DNA of 64,000 bases. It comes from Cyanophora paradoxa CCMP329 (taxonomy: Eukaryota; Plantae; Glaucophyta). Each line of letters starts with the position of its first letter. Within the stretch, counting starts at the first letter, position 1. The DNA lies in assembly GCA_004431415.1 (NCBI GenBank), contig QPMI01000057.1, positions 87,869 to 151,868 on the forward strand, in the 5' to 3' direction. Below are positions 25,001-37,368 of the stretch, piece after piece. The notes beneath the pieces were generated by a model. The model was not told the DNA's origin. It searched no databases and saw only the letters and a program-made list of their open reading frames with translations. The position numbers and the translations under genes were made by a program.

Positions 25001-27112
25001 TTTCAGTCCGCATTAGGCCGCCACGGCGCCGGTGGGACAGCCATTTCGCAATGCATCTGCATATTCAATGTAACCGACTTCGAATTCCCAATACAGCTTT
25101 ATTATAATTAACGGTATCGCCATTCACTTTCACGTCGGGCCCCTGCAGAGACTGGGCGGCTGACGAAGCAGAAGACAGCTGCTGAGGCGTCGGACGAGTC
25201 TGAGTAGCTAGCTGATCGTGATAGCCTGCCAATCAGCGATTTCGATGCGATGATTAACCAGAATAGAACCTGAAAAACAGGCTTTGCCAGGATAAGCCTA
25301 GGGCATGCGACTGTGATCAAACTGATCAGACTGGCAGCTGCAGCCTCGACTGTGAGTATATTACTGTGGCGGGCTGTGATATGGATTTGGTGATCACAAG
25401 CATTGGCCCTCCGATTGCAAGCCTTGAGTTGGAATTATTTTGGAAGGCTCTGATCTCAATTGCAAGCTGTCCTCAGCCGCAGCCCTGGCAAGGCTGTGAT
25501 CTGGATTTCGAATTCAGGGGAGAGCTTGATTTCGGGGCTGTGATTTGGATCTCAAGGGAACTTGGGAACCTCAATTTCGACTGCTAAGGCTAGGCTAGAG
25601 CAAGAGCCTGGCGTGGACCGTGATGCTGCTGTCAATGACACGCAAGAAACACCTGCCCTTCCCCGCCCCTAATTATAACCTGCAATCCCACGTCAATGTC
25701 AATGGTGCAATCCAGAGCGGCGATGCCAGAAATGGCTCTTACCGCGTATAAAAAGTTTGTTTTGGAGAAGGCGGTGCAACAGAGCATGCTCGATGTCGTC
25801 TCGAACGACCTGAAGGACTACATCTGCGACGATGTTTTCACAATCATTGAATTGAACAGTCAAGCGATGACATGCTTAAAATCTTCGAGGCCGGGAAGGA
25901 TTTCGAGTTCCAGGCGCAGTTGACTCTCTTAGCTCAGTAATCTCAATTGCGTTCAGCGTGCGTACTACGCCTGTCGACGTCTGGCCATGGGCTACGCCTG
26001 TGTACTACGAAGAGGTTAGAGTAAATCACATGCTTCAGTACGTGTCCAAATGCGCATTCTCTCATATATATATATATATATAGCCTTCCGCTCAGTGCTG
26101 CCTATCTTTGCGCTGGGCAAACTTTCAGTTGAAAATTTTCTTGCAAACTTTGAGTTAATTTTCATCCCCGCGCGGCCCTCCATCTCAATTGCAGGCTAGC
26201 GCTCAATCTCGCTAGTGCTTGATCTAGATCTCTCGAGCTCGCCCGGCGGCCTGCAGCTGGCTACTTGTGCTAGCTCGAGGGAAACTTTGATTTCTGGCGG
26301 GCCCGGGTGGCCACTAGCTGGGCCAGACTGTGTTTTTGGTTTTGAGGCATATATATAGGCGGCGGTTGCAATTGTTGCTCTTTCTACGCTACGGGCGCGC
26401 CGGACCTCCTACCTACAGCGCTTTAACTGTACCCGTGCTGTTAGGGATAGAGCGTAACCCGCAGGGACTGGTGCCCTGATGGGGAAAAGGGGATGGGAGC
26501 CTAGCTAGCTACGAGCCGAGCAGGCGCTTCGCGTCCACGCCCGTGCCGTAGCGGATGAAGGATAATAATAAGCTTGCCAAGTTGCAATTGAGACCTCAAC
26601 CAACTTTTTTTGGCAAGTTGGACGAAAGTTGAACGTTAACGAAAGTTGAACGTCGTAATCGCAACGTTAACTTAGCAACTCTGATTCCGATCGTAATCGC
26701 AACGTTAACTTAGTAACTCTGATTCCGGTCGTAATCGCAACTCTGATTCCGATCGTTTGGCCTTCACGTCCTTGTCGTCCACTCCCCGCGCGCGCTTTAG
26801 CTTCTTCTCCAGCTTCGCCAGCTTCTTATCTGCCAGGCATAGGCTTCGGCGCTCAGCGAGGGGACAGGTTCGCGATTACGAACATTGCGATTACGAACAT
26901 TGCGATTACGATTACGATTAGGCCCTGCAGCTGAGGGGCTGGACCCGATTACGATCAGGCCAAATCACTATTATGCCCGCTTGGCTTCACCTCAAACGTG
27001 CACCTCAAACTTGTAGTCCCGGCGGGTTGTGATTTGGATTCGGAAACTTGTAGCGCCGGCGGGTTGTGATTTGGATTCCAGTGCCACGGTGGCGCCGGCG
27101 GGTTGTGATTGG

Positions 27113-27298
27113 ACATCTGATCTTTTATCTTAAGCCAAGCAGAGCACTTCGAATTCGATTTCCATTTGCGTATGCAACTGAGCCCAGGCGAGACCATGAA
27201 CTGTGCCGTGGCGTTGTCCGGCCTCGCAATCGCTGACCGGACCCTACCTAACTCAGAAACAGCTATAGCCAGATACCGCGATTGTCATGTCAAAATAC
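27113..27298 (+). repeat. Dispersed repeat family C copy whose terminus contains the stop codon of the two-RRM gene
   Basis: gcaactgagcccaggcgagaccatgaactgtgccgtggcgttgtccggcctcgcaatcgctgaccgg...agataccgcgattgtcatgtcaaaatac. Confidence 0.82.
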
Positions 27299-28550
27299 AA
27301 CCGTCACGGTGATCGGGGTGCCGCCTTCATAAAACGGGAGGAAACTTTTCTCCCGCACTGCTCTTGCCACCTTACCACCAGGTTAATTTCTGTGACACAA
27401 AGGGGGGGAAAGACACACCTCTTCCCTTGATGCGAGGGTGACAAGGGCTGTCTTAGTGCGGAAAGGACCCCAGCCTGACCCTGCCTTCGCAGCACTTCCA
27501 GCAAGCAGGGGAGGTTTGAAAGGGGATACAATCTATACAATCAATAATGTTAGCTCTGGTATACAAGAGACATAGCATAGAAAGCAGGATGCAAACCGAG
27601 ATGCCGTCAGCTGGAACCTTGTAACCACGGAAGAAATCCCGTACTTCACTGGGCGTGGCTCTTTCTGGAAGATTGGCGACCTATGCATGAGCGAATAAGG
27701 GAAGTTCGGATCTGCAGAACTGGGGCGATTGCTGCAGCGCTCGCGGCGCACGACAACAGTGAGGCCCGGCTGCTGCATGCGCTTCTTTGGGAGCATATCG
27801 AGAACCTCGGCCAGGATGCGCTGCACGGCGAGTCCGGCATCAGCGTCAGAAGTCAACTGGGCATTTGCGCGCGCACGACATCAGGCCGGACAGAGAGAAG
27901 ACCAATGTCGCGCGCCGGTGCGAGCTTCGCGCGAGCCTCGTGCGCTGCCGCGTTGTTGATGAAGCGCGCGTACCACATGTGCGTCGGCTGATAATCGCTT
28001 CCTGGCACCGCGTGCACGCTTGTCGGCTCCGCTCCCACCTGCGCGCCCCCTCCTCCTTGGCGAGGCCTGCTACGGCAAGGCGTTCGGGCCGCACCTGGCG
28101 AAAGAAGTGTAGGATGTCCTCGGGCACGGCTGTGAGCGGCACGTTATACAAGAGAATGACCCGCTCCTCGGACGCCTTCCGCGCAGTCAGCTCGCCGCGC
28201 ATCGTGCGCTGAACGGCACCGCACCGCCCGCTCTGTTCTCGTGTCGCGTTCGGATAGCTCCCGGCGCGCCATGAGCTCCTTCAGCATTGGATCGATCCGT
28301 GCTGCGCCTTTGCGGGCAGTCACTGGCAACTGCCCCCGGCTTTTGTCCGCTCGGATCGGTATCTTCGGCTGCGGCGCCTCGGTCCGGACAGCTGCATTCG
28401 CTGGCGGCTGCTCTGGGACGCTGGCAGCCTCCTCTGCGGCCGTGTGACGGGGCACCCAAGCGCAAGCGCACGCGCAGGCCGAATACCTGTTGTTCGGGGA
28501 TCGCGTTCCGCTCCCTCCGCATCTGCGGCCGCAACTCGGGCACCGCTCAT
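27290..28550 (-). CDS. Protein with two RRM-like domains, multi-exon; start uncertain
   Basis: RVILLYNVPLTAVPEDILHFFRQ...WYARFINNAAAHEARAKL and LTVV|VANLPERATPSEVRDFFRGYK|...TALVTLASREE|VARAVREK...TPITVTVVF*; in-frame GT-AG splicing. Confidence 0.7.
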
Positions 28551-28746
28551 CGCAGCGCGATGAGGGACGTACCGGTTGGTTGAGGATGCGAGTTCGATCC
28601 TGTACTAAACCACCTCGCGCTGCTTCGCGCGCGCGATGCAAGCTCCGTCGTAGCGCTACCGCTCTTGGCCGCTCGTGCAGCAATCCGCCGGAGCATGGGG
28701 GAGATAAACGAAAGGGGTACATCCGCGTTCCGGCGTCTGCCCCCAG

Positions 28747-31149
28747 ATGGCGTCCAGTACAGGCGAGCGCCTCTCGTCGTCCGAGTTTAAGAAGCGAAAG
28801 GAGCTAGAGGAAGCCCGCAAGGTGACTTTTGCGCCTCCAGTGCTCTACAGCCCCTGACGCCGCCGCAGGCCGGAACGGTCGCCCCGGAAGTCGACGAAGA
28901 CGGAAAAGAGGTGCGGCTTCATGCTTCCGCCCTCGAGTCTGCTCTGAGCGCATGCCTCCGCTCAGATCAACCCGCACATCCCGCAATACATCGCACAAGC
29001 GCCATGTGCATTGCCCAAACGGGCCCCTGTGCGCTGGATCTGATGTGCCCGCAGGGTACCTCAGCGCGAGTGGAGCTCCGGGCCTGAAGCATCAGCGGAA
29101 CTTCAAAGGCGTTGGTCTCAGCTCAACAGAGAAGAACTGGCACGAGCGAGGCATCGCCGTGCGCGGACAGCGGCGCGCGCGAGCGCCCGGCGCCCCACTG
29201 ACCCGCTCAACAGTCGAGCGCCGCGAGGACATTCCGAAAAGGAGCGTGTACGAACTGCGGCGCGATGACACATGAAGCCAAGGTCTCCAGGACCGCGGCG
29301 GCTGCAATCACTAGCTGCATGTGCTCACGGAGCTACGCAGTTCTGCGTCGAACGACCTCGAAAACTTGGTGCGAGGTGGACGGGTCAGGATATCAAGGTA
29401 AGTTGCAGCGCCGCGCTGTAGTGCGGGCGGCGACAGAGGGGACCTACAGCCGGACGAGTTCATTCGGGAGGCCTCGCTCGACTACGACGGAAAGCGCGAT
29501 CGCTGGAACGGATACGACGCCTCGATGCACCGGGAGGTCGTGGAGAGTACGCGGCACGCCCCTGCACCCATTCGGGAAGTTTGACGGCGCGCAGTGCACG
29601 AGGAGATCGAGAAAGAGCGGCGCGAGATCAAGAAGAAGCAGATTGAGAAGACTCTGCTCGAGGGGGCCAACTCAGGCTCCGACTCGTGCGAGCGCTAGCT
29701 TCGCGCTCCCCTGCGTTCGCCGGTCACCAGGCGGCAGGGAGTCCAAGAAGAAGGCGAAGCCGAAGAAGGTGCGGGGGGACAAGGCTGAGGGGGAGAGCTC
29801 GAGTGATGAGGAGGTGGCACCTGTGGCGGTGCCAACAGGAGAAGAGATGCTCAAAGAGGATATGCTGGAGGACGAGTCGGTGGCCCCATTCCAGCGGGTA
29901 CGTGGTCGGTGGGCCGGCCAGGTGGGGCGACGCGTATGCAAACTGGCCGGGGACAGATGGACGCAAAGTCGCGGACAACTATTCGCAACCTGCGCATTCG
30001 TGAGGACACTGCCAAGTACCTGCGGAATTTGGACGTGAACTCGGCCTACTACGACCCCAAGACACGTTCTATGAGAGAGAACCCGCTTCCGAACTCGGAT
30101 CCCAACGAGCAGCTATACCAAGGAGACAACTTTGTGAGGCAAACCGGCGACTTTGCCAAGTTTGCGGGACTTATGAGCTTTGAGATGGAAGCTTACGACA
30201 AGGGCACTGACGTTCACATGACGGTGCCCTGGGCCGGCAGGCTGTCCACGCAACTCGGCGCTCGCTAAGAGCCCACCGCAATCCAGGCAATGCCGAGCCA
30301 GGCGGAGATGGCTTACAAGGAATTCAAGGTGAAGAAGGAAGAGCTCAAGAAAAAGCAGCGGGAGGAGGTGCGAGGAGGGCAGCGGGCCTCAAAGCTTGCG
30401 TTTCATTCCAGGCTTGTGTGACCAGTGGCGCCCCAGATTCTCTCGAAGTATGGGGCGGCGACGCAAGAGGAGGAGAAGCTGCCACGGGAGCTGCTGCTGG
30501 CCCAGACGGAGGCTTACGTCGAATACAGCCGCGATGGGAAGATTATCAAGGGTCTCGCCAAGGCCGTCCCGAAGTCAAAGTACGAGGAAGACGGTCTGTC
30601 GCCCTGCCTAGCGTGCTTGGAGGCGATTTGGCGTGCGTGGGCGCTGACAATGTAGTGCGGGCAGTTCGTATCAACAACCACACCTCTGTGTGGGGATCGT
30701 ACTGGTACAAGGGGAAGTGGGGCTTCGCGTGCTGCCACCAGCTGGTGAAGAATGCGTACTGCACGGGCGAGGCGGGAAAGGCGGCGGCGGATGCAGCGGC
30801 AGACTCGATCGTCGCTTCCCTCAAACAGGCCGTCAACGAGGAGCATGAGCGAAAGGCCCGTGAGGAGGAGGAAAAGACGCGACGCCGCAAGCTTGCCGAA
30901 GCCGAGCGCGAACAGTGCAACGATGTTCGCTGCCTGCCTCTGTGTGCACGCTGGGCCAAGCTGACACGGGGTGGGCAGGCCGATGACCGCAGACGCCCGT
31001 ACAATTCAAGTCGGGAGATCCGGGACGTCACGGAGGAGGACATGGAAGAGTATCGTTTGAAGCGCATCCGCTCCGACGATCCTATGGCAGCATTCTTTGC
31101 AGAGCGTGAGCATGAACAAGAAGCCGTACCACGAGAGCGGCGCAAGTGA
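28747..31149 (+). CDS. SLU7: Pre-mRNA splicing factor SLU7, multi-exon
   Basis: RKELEEARK|[14 protein letters not shown]|[13 protein letters not shown]; [17 protein letters not shown]; [14 protein letters not shown]; [36 protein letters not shown]; [24 protein letters not shown]; [21 protein letters not shown]. Confidence 0.96.
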
Positions 31150-31579
31150 ACCCATCCTTCGCAAAAGTGCTCTTCGCTAGTTGGGTACTTGGGGTCTTGT
31201 CAGTTACTCTTCCATAGCTAGACATGACTATAGCCTAGTAGCTAGCTATGGTGCTGGAACCCGGCCACGCCTGGCCCGGGCCCTCGGGGGGTCAAACAGA
31301 GCACTGCCAGCTCACCAGGCGATACGCCTGAGAGATTAGGCCCTCAGGGGCGACGATTAGGGAGGGCCTGGCGAGGAGCAGCTACGCTGGATGGAAGGGG
31401 GACTCCGGGAATTCGAAGTGCTAGCATGCAAGGCTGGCAATCGAACTAGAACTCAATCGCAAGATCCGGGGTTGCCAAAGTTGGAGCTCGCGATCGAGAG
31501 GGCCTCCGGGCTTCACAAGCGTACTGGCCATGGGGGCTGTGATTTTAGAGGCCTAGTGCTGGATTTTCAAGTTTTTTGG

Positions 31580-32304
31580 ACTAGTCCTTGATTTGCGGAC
31601 CGCAGTACTAAAAACGCAAGGGCGGCCGATCCTGGCTACAAGTGTGGGCGACCCCACGACCGCCGCGACCCCGCGGTCGGGCCCACTGGGCCAGCCCGCT
31701 CCCCTTTTCGAACTGACCCCTTTTCGCCCCCCCAGCCCGGCGCAAGCTGACTCCATGTCGGGCCCCCAGGGCCTGTAGCAATAAATTTTCGTGCAGCCTC
31801 GGGTCGGGAGGGAGGGGGTAAAAGTTCGCGTTCTAGAAAGGTTTCGCCCCCCCTTGGCCAATTCCGCAATAGGGTTGTCGTTCTTGCACAATCGGCCAAT
31901 AGGATTTCGAGGCCCCAAAGAATCCATCCCCCCTCCCCCCCCCTATACCGCCACAGAATTAGAAGTGTGAAAAGTAGAACCTCGGGTCGTTACCCTCGCT
32001 CTGCTCACTGAGTCAGGTCGACCCGAGGCTGATAAACTTGAAAATAGGAGCTTCCGCCACCGCTCCGAGCTGGAGACGACCCCCGCCGCCAAAAGACGTG
32101 ATATCGATGCCGCACCCACCGTGTGGGCACATGTAGCTATTTAGCTAGCCAGAGTGTCCATGGGAAAATGCATTACTCCCCTCAGGGGGCCACGCAGGGC
32201 CCGGCCGGCCAGTTCGCTGGTGGGCTGGGCCCGCGGCCACGGCGGCCGCAGTGTACATCCCACACTTGTAGCCCGGACTTGCGTTTTTAGTACGTGTCCA
32301 AATG
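31580..32304. mobile_element. Family A composite between convergent SLU7 and GPN3: inverted end at left, forward copy at right (possible TIR element)
   Basis: 31602-31648 cagtactaaaaacgcaag...ggctacaagtgtggg is reverse-complementary to ~32258-32293; the family A start motif ctgactccatgtcgggcccccagggcc is at 31747. Confidence 0.6.
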
Positions 32305-32324
32305 CTCAGCGCGTATTGTACGAA

Positions 32325-33455
32325 TTAAGGGTTGGGCGTGTATTCTGTTTCTTGATCGATTTCGGATTCACGTGCTTCGCGAGTCTCAGCATCCTCTCCG
32401 TACTGGATGGCGTTGTCGATCTCCACGAGAAGGTTAGCGAGCCCGTCTTCATCACTGTAATCCAGCGGCACAAACTGAACCATGCTGTAATCCTCCATCT
32501 GGATACCATTGGAATTGGCTGAGGACTCGAGCTGGGGAACGCACGAGAGAGGCCACAGCAGAGTTGAGAGCGCGAAATCGATCGCCGGTCTGATTCGTGA
32601 GTTCCTCTACGAGAGCAGGCACATCGGGATCGAGGTAGCTTTCAATTCGCTTTTTCAACTTCTTCGGCAAGAGGTCCATCTTCGTGACGACATTGACGTG
32701 AGGCAGGGCAAGTCCCACCTACATATCACTTAATGCTCGCGTATATGGAGGCGCGAGGTGGGGCGGGCCATGGCGGAGAGACACATAGTGGAGCCGGCGA
32801 TGAACTTGGCGGCATCGGAGAGAAAGTGCGAATCGAGAAGGCACACCGCGCACACGTTAAAACCCCACCTCTGAAGGTTTTCTGCCAGGCTCCGCATTAC
32901 CGGAAGATGGCTGTACAGCTCGATCTGCCCTGCGGCAGGATGTCGGTGCCGGCTGCAGCGAACGCAGGAGAGCATGCGCCGCACCAGGGCAATCGAAGAC
33001 GAGGTAATCGTCATCCAGATACTCGTCCACCTGTTCCTTGAACCAGTCAATGTTCTCCAGCAAGTACCTGGCCTGCCCGTCAGCCTGCGCGCCCCGGCAG
33101 TCTTCGCGGCTCACTCCATGCAGTACACGAGACCGCCGTTTGGGCCGTAGCCAAGCTCGGACATGACGTCGTCCAGGCTAATGAGGTCCCGTATGTCTGC
33201 GGAGGCGAGTCGCGCGGCGCCTCGCGCGGCATTGCCTCGCGCTGGCGCACCGAATGCGACGGGATAACTGAAGTTCTCGGCCGCCGGGTCGAGGTTGACG
33301 ATATGCACTGTCCGTCGCACATTCTCACAATGCGTCCGCAGCTGGTCACAGTACGTGGACTGCGGTGCGCTAGTGAGCGCTTGCAGCACAGCCGCAACGA
33401 CTCGACACACCTTGCCAGACCCTGCAGGGCCGATGACAAGTTGTGCATGACGCAT
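32325..33455 (-). CDS. GPN3: GPN-loop GTPase 3, multi-exon
   Basis: [15 protein letters not shown]|STYC...[13 protein letters not shown]; [13 protein letters not shown]|YLLENIDWF; DDYLVFDCP|[12 protein letters not shown]; [13 protein letters not shown]; [12 protein letters not shown]. Confidence 0.94.
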
Positions 33456-33750
33456 TGTCGATACGGCGAGGCGGCCGCGCTGTAGCCGTACCCTCGCTGC
33501 TTGCAGCTAGTGCTACGATATACGCTGCTAGGCTATATATCTCTTGTGCAGAATCCTCGGAAAGCCAGCCTTCATATCGACATGCCGGCGTTGCGGAACT
33601 TCAGCAGCGGGAGCCTTTTTCCAACGAAGCCGCGAACTTACCCGTACCCCTGCCCTAGACCGGCCGCCGGTGGGTCACCGGCCGCCGGCGAAGACCGCCC
33701 CGTGGCTTTCTGCGGGCCGTGCGGCTGAGTGCGCTTTGATAAACCGAAAC

Positions 33751-36108
33751 ATGTCGCGGCGCGCGGCGCTCCCGCCGTCCGTGCTGGCGCCACCGGTTAT
33801 CTCGCCGATTGCTCCTCCTCCAAATCCGCCAAAAGTTCGCCTCAGGTTTAGCTCTGCTAATCAAGCTTCCCACTGTTGACCCTGCGTGCCCAGGAGCGGA
33901 AGCCTTATACGATCACCAAGCAGCGCGAGAACTGGACGGAAGAGGAGCATCAAAAGTTTCTCGAAGCGCTCAAGCTGTGCGCCCCGCTCGCTGCCGCCCT
34001 CCGGATCTTTGTTTCGATGATGACATGGCCGACCAGATACGAGCGCGACTGGAAGAAGATAGAGAACTACATAGGGACCAAGAGCGTCGTTCAAGTGCGC
34101 TCGTCGTTTTCCTCGCCGCTAGGCGTGCTGCGCGGGTCACTGACCTCCGCGCTGTAGATCCGCAGCCATGCCCAGAAGTTCTTCCTCAAGGTGCAGAAAA
34201 ACGGCACCGGCGAACATGTGCCTCCCCCGCGGCCGAAACGGAAGTCCGCGCAACCCTACCCACAGAAGACTGGTCGGAAAGCGCTCAGCGCCTCAATCAG
34301 CCTTATGAGCTCACGTGTGCGGCAGGCCAGCCTCAGCTCACAGATCAACAGCGACTCGCTCAGGAGCAGGCTGAGCAGGAACAGCTGGTACAGGCGCAAA
34401 AGCTTCTGAATGACGTGCGCCAACAGCGGCTTGCGACCCTCACCACTTCGCTGACTTGCCCCGCCCAGTACATGACCGCCGCATCTGCCCAAACGGCGCA
34501 AGCGACTGGCGAGCCTGTCCGAGGTGCGATTCGGCGCCCACACTGCGGTAAAGCATAGCCGTCCGATGCGCGCCCCGTACACAGGACCGGACTTCCACCG
34601 CATCTACGCATTTTTGGGGTCGCTTTTCGATCCAAGCCAGAGTATGCAGGTACGGCCAGTGACGCGCATCGAGATTCTTGAGCGCTAAGCTGCCGCGGGT
34701 AGGACGTCGTGGGAGCTTTGCAAGGGATGTCGATGGTCGATCGCGAGACAGCGCATGTGCTGATGCACAATCTCTCTGTAAATCTCTCTAACGACCAGGC
34801 GGGCTACATTCCCGGCGCCGCTTGTGTTTGGCTGCCCAGCTGACGAGCCGTAGATCCGGCACAACGTGGTAGCGCACCTCTCCTTCCATCAACAGACCAT
34901 CGCAATGAACCAGCAGATTCTTGCTGTATGTCCTGCCCGACTCTCGCCGCTCCGTTCACCCACCCTTTGCCGCAGGGCCAGCCCGTCACCATCAACCCCA
35001 GCGTTGTTCCTCAGAGCACTCATTCTGCCATGTCTTCCGCCGCAGCCCCTTCCTCATCCTCCTCAGCCCCGCCTCCCCCCGCCCCTCCGTCTGTAATGGG
35101 CCCGCCCCCGCCTCCCGGCGCGGCACCTTCCGCTGTTTCCGGCGCTACCCCGACGGTCGTCCAATTAAGCCCCGCTGCCGCATCCGCCACGGCACGCCCA
35201 GGAGCTGTCACGACTAGTGCGCCGCAAGCCTGCCGCGCCCGTCTGCATGTTCCCTGAACGCCCCTCGCGCAGTACCAGCCCAAATACGATCGGTGCAGGT
35301 GCCGCCAGCGCCGGTCGGTGTGTTGCCGCCCCCCTCCCCCGCTCCCCCGGGAAAAAATGCCGCCGAGCCGCTTACGGGCACCGCAGCTGGACGCTCTGTC
35401 GGCCCGCCCGCAGCGATGACAGTCGTTGCCGCGGGCCGCGGTGGACCTCCTGCCGTGGCCGCTCGGACCGGTCCGGCGGGGGCCCCTCTCGCATCAGGGG
35501 CTCCGTTGCAAGTTCCTACCGCCGCGCATGCAGGGGCACACGTGCCAAGCGTCCATCCGTCGGGCCCTCAGCCTCCAGGCGCCCATCCCCTGCAGCCGGC
35601 TGCCCCGCCCGGGGCGCAGCCGGCCCCCCCGGGTGCCCACATCGCTGCGGGCCCGTCGAGGCCCGTCGCCACCAGTGGAGCCGTTCTCGTGCGGCCCCCT
35701 GGGCATTCCCCTCCCGTCCCTGGCGCGGCTATCGCCCCACTCGCCGCCCCGCCCGCCTCTCAAACGCCTGCTCCGGGTGGCGTTGGTCAGGCGCGCCCGG
35801 GCGCTTCTCTCGGGCCTCCGGTTCCAACGGCGCCAGCCATGCTCTCCTCCCCAGGGGCCTCCACCGTGCCCGTGGCCCCCACTGGTCCTCCTCCGCCTGC
35901 CCCTCCTTCTGTTCAGCCTGTGCCTTCCGCGGCGCTGGCGTCAACACTAATGCTGGCGGCGGTCAAGCCGGAGGCGGCAGTTGCGGTCAAGGTAGAACCC
36001 GGAGCGGGCTCGCAGGCGGAAGTACCCGTCGTAGGTGCCATTCCCCAAGCTGGCGCTGTCGTGATTGCTGGAGCCGTCGCCATCAAGCCCGAGCCGCCTG
36101 CCGCATAG
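33751..36108 (+). CDS. SHAQKYF-class single-MYB transcription factor, REVEILLE/LCL (RVE8-like) type, with a Pro/Ala-rich tail
   Basis: [27 protein letters not shown]|[19 protein letters not shown]|[37 protein letters not shown]; LCL-domain-like [16 protein letters not shown]...[25 protein letters not shown]. Confidence 0.9.
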
Positions 36109-36296
36109 CTGTTGTTTGGCCCCGTTGCATCTTTGTTTCAGAGAGGCTTTCTCATCGCAGATCCTTCATTTCAATGCGCTTACTTGAAAGAATTTCCAAT
36201 TCGTGTCCAAATAGTCAATGTACAGTGATCATGAACGTACAATCTCGAGACCACACATGCATGCAGCGACAACCCAAGCACTGGAGGCAGCTGCGC

Positions 36297-36340
36297 GTGC
36301 ATTTTGACGTGACAGTTGCGGTATCTGGCTAGCTGTTCTT
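36297..36340 (-). repeat. Repeat family C terminal fragment, inverted, 188 nt downstream of the MYB stop
   Basis: gtgcattttgacgtgacagttgcggtatctggctagctgttct is the reverse complement of the family C end. Confidence 0.75.
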
Positions 36341-37368
36341 GCATGGCTAACTAGCTATATGTGGGGTCCGATGGTCCACCGTCACCGTGGCACGGCGTGG
36401 CACGGTACGGTCATGAATTGCGAGGCCGGGAACGCCCCAGCACAGTTCAACTTGCAACACTTCAGTTACGTATACGTATACGTATATATATACGTAGTAC
36501 GTATACGTACTACGTATAGCAGTGTGTACTATAGCTACGGCGTACGCGTAGCTATATATATATATATATATATATACGTATACGTGTGATCATCGGATCA
36601 GAAGAGCCTAGTTTACATATATACGTATACGGTGCTGCTAGGCGTGGCCATGCGTGCTGTGCAGCTTTGGCAGGCTGGCGGCGAGAGCGAGCAGAGCTGG
36701 TATTCTAGGAGCAAGCACAAGTACAGGGTACAAGTGTGTCACCCGGGGTGTGAGCCTGGGAGGGGTACATGAAAAGTAGTGGGGGTCCAATCGGCGCACT
36801 CAATGATCATCATGATGCATCATAATTTTTTCGCGTCCAAAACTGGCTCTAACTCTGACGTCAGCGCTAATTTCCCCATTGATAACTCACATCTGGTGCA
36901 AAACCGCCGGGCCGCCCGTGAAGCGCTGTGGATCGCGACGGTTTGAAGTTTGATGTTCAAGGTTTCAACTTGGCAACTCTTTCAAAGTTTAGCTTAGAAG
37001 TTTAAATATTTCGATTTCGTCTCCCGTTCATCCGGTCGGGACGCTGTGACGGAAGAAGAAGAAGAAAAGAGTGCACTAGAGCTCCGAGGCTCGAGCTCCC
37101 AAGCGCCTGGAAAGCCTAAGGTAAAAGAGCTATGCGCCGAAAACTTTAAGAAGTTCCCAAGTTCCGACGGTTCCGCCGATCCCGCCCCGTAGAGCTGGCG
37201 CCAGTACTGACCAGGCGTGGCCCAGTGTTCGTGGGCGCGTTGTGAGTACTACGGTATCCACCGGTCGGAGCGACGTCGACTTCGAATGGCCGGGCCCGGG
37301 GTCCGGAGGGAATGATTTACAGTAAAAAAGAGGGGGCATCACAGATGGGCGCCAGGGGGGTAGCAGGG

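Noticed and set aside
25696-25923. 75-aa ORF MSMVQSRAAMPEMAL...
   Set aside because: No recognisable family or supporting gene structure
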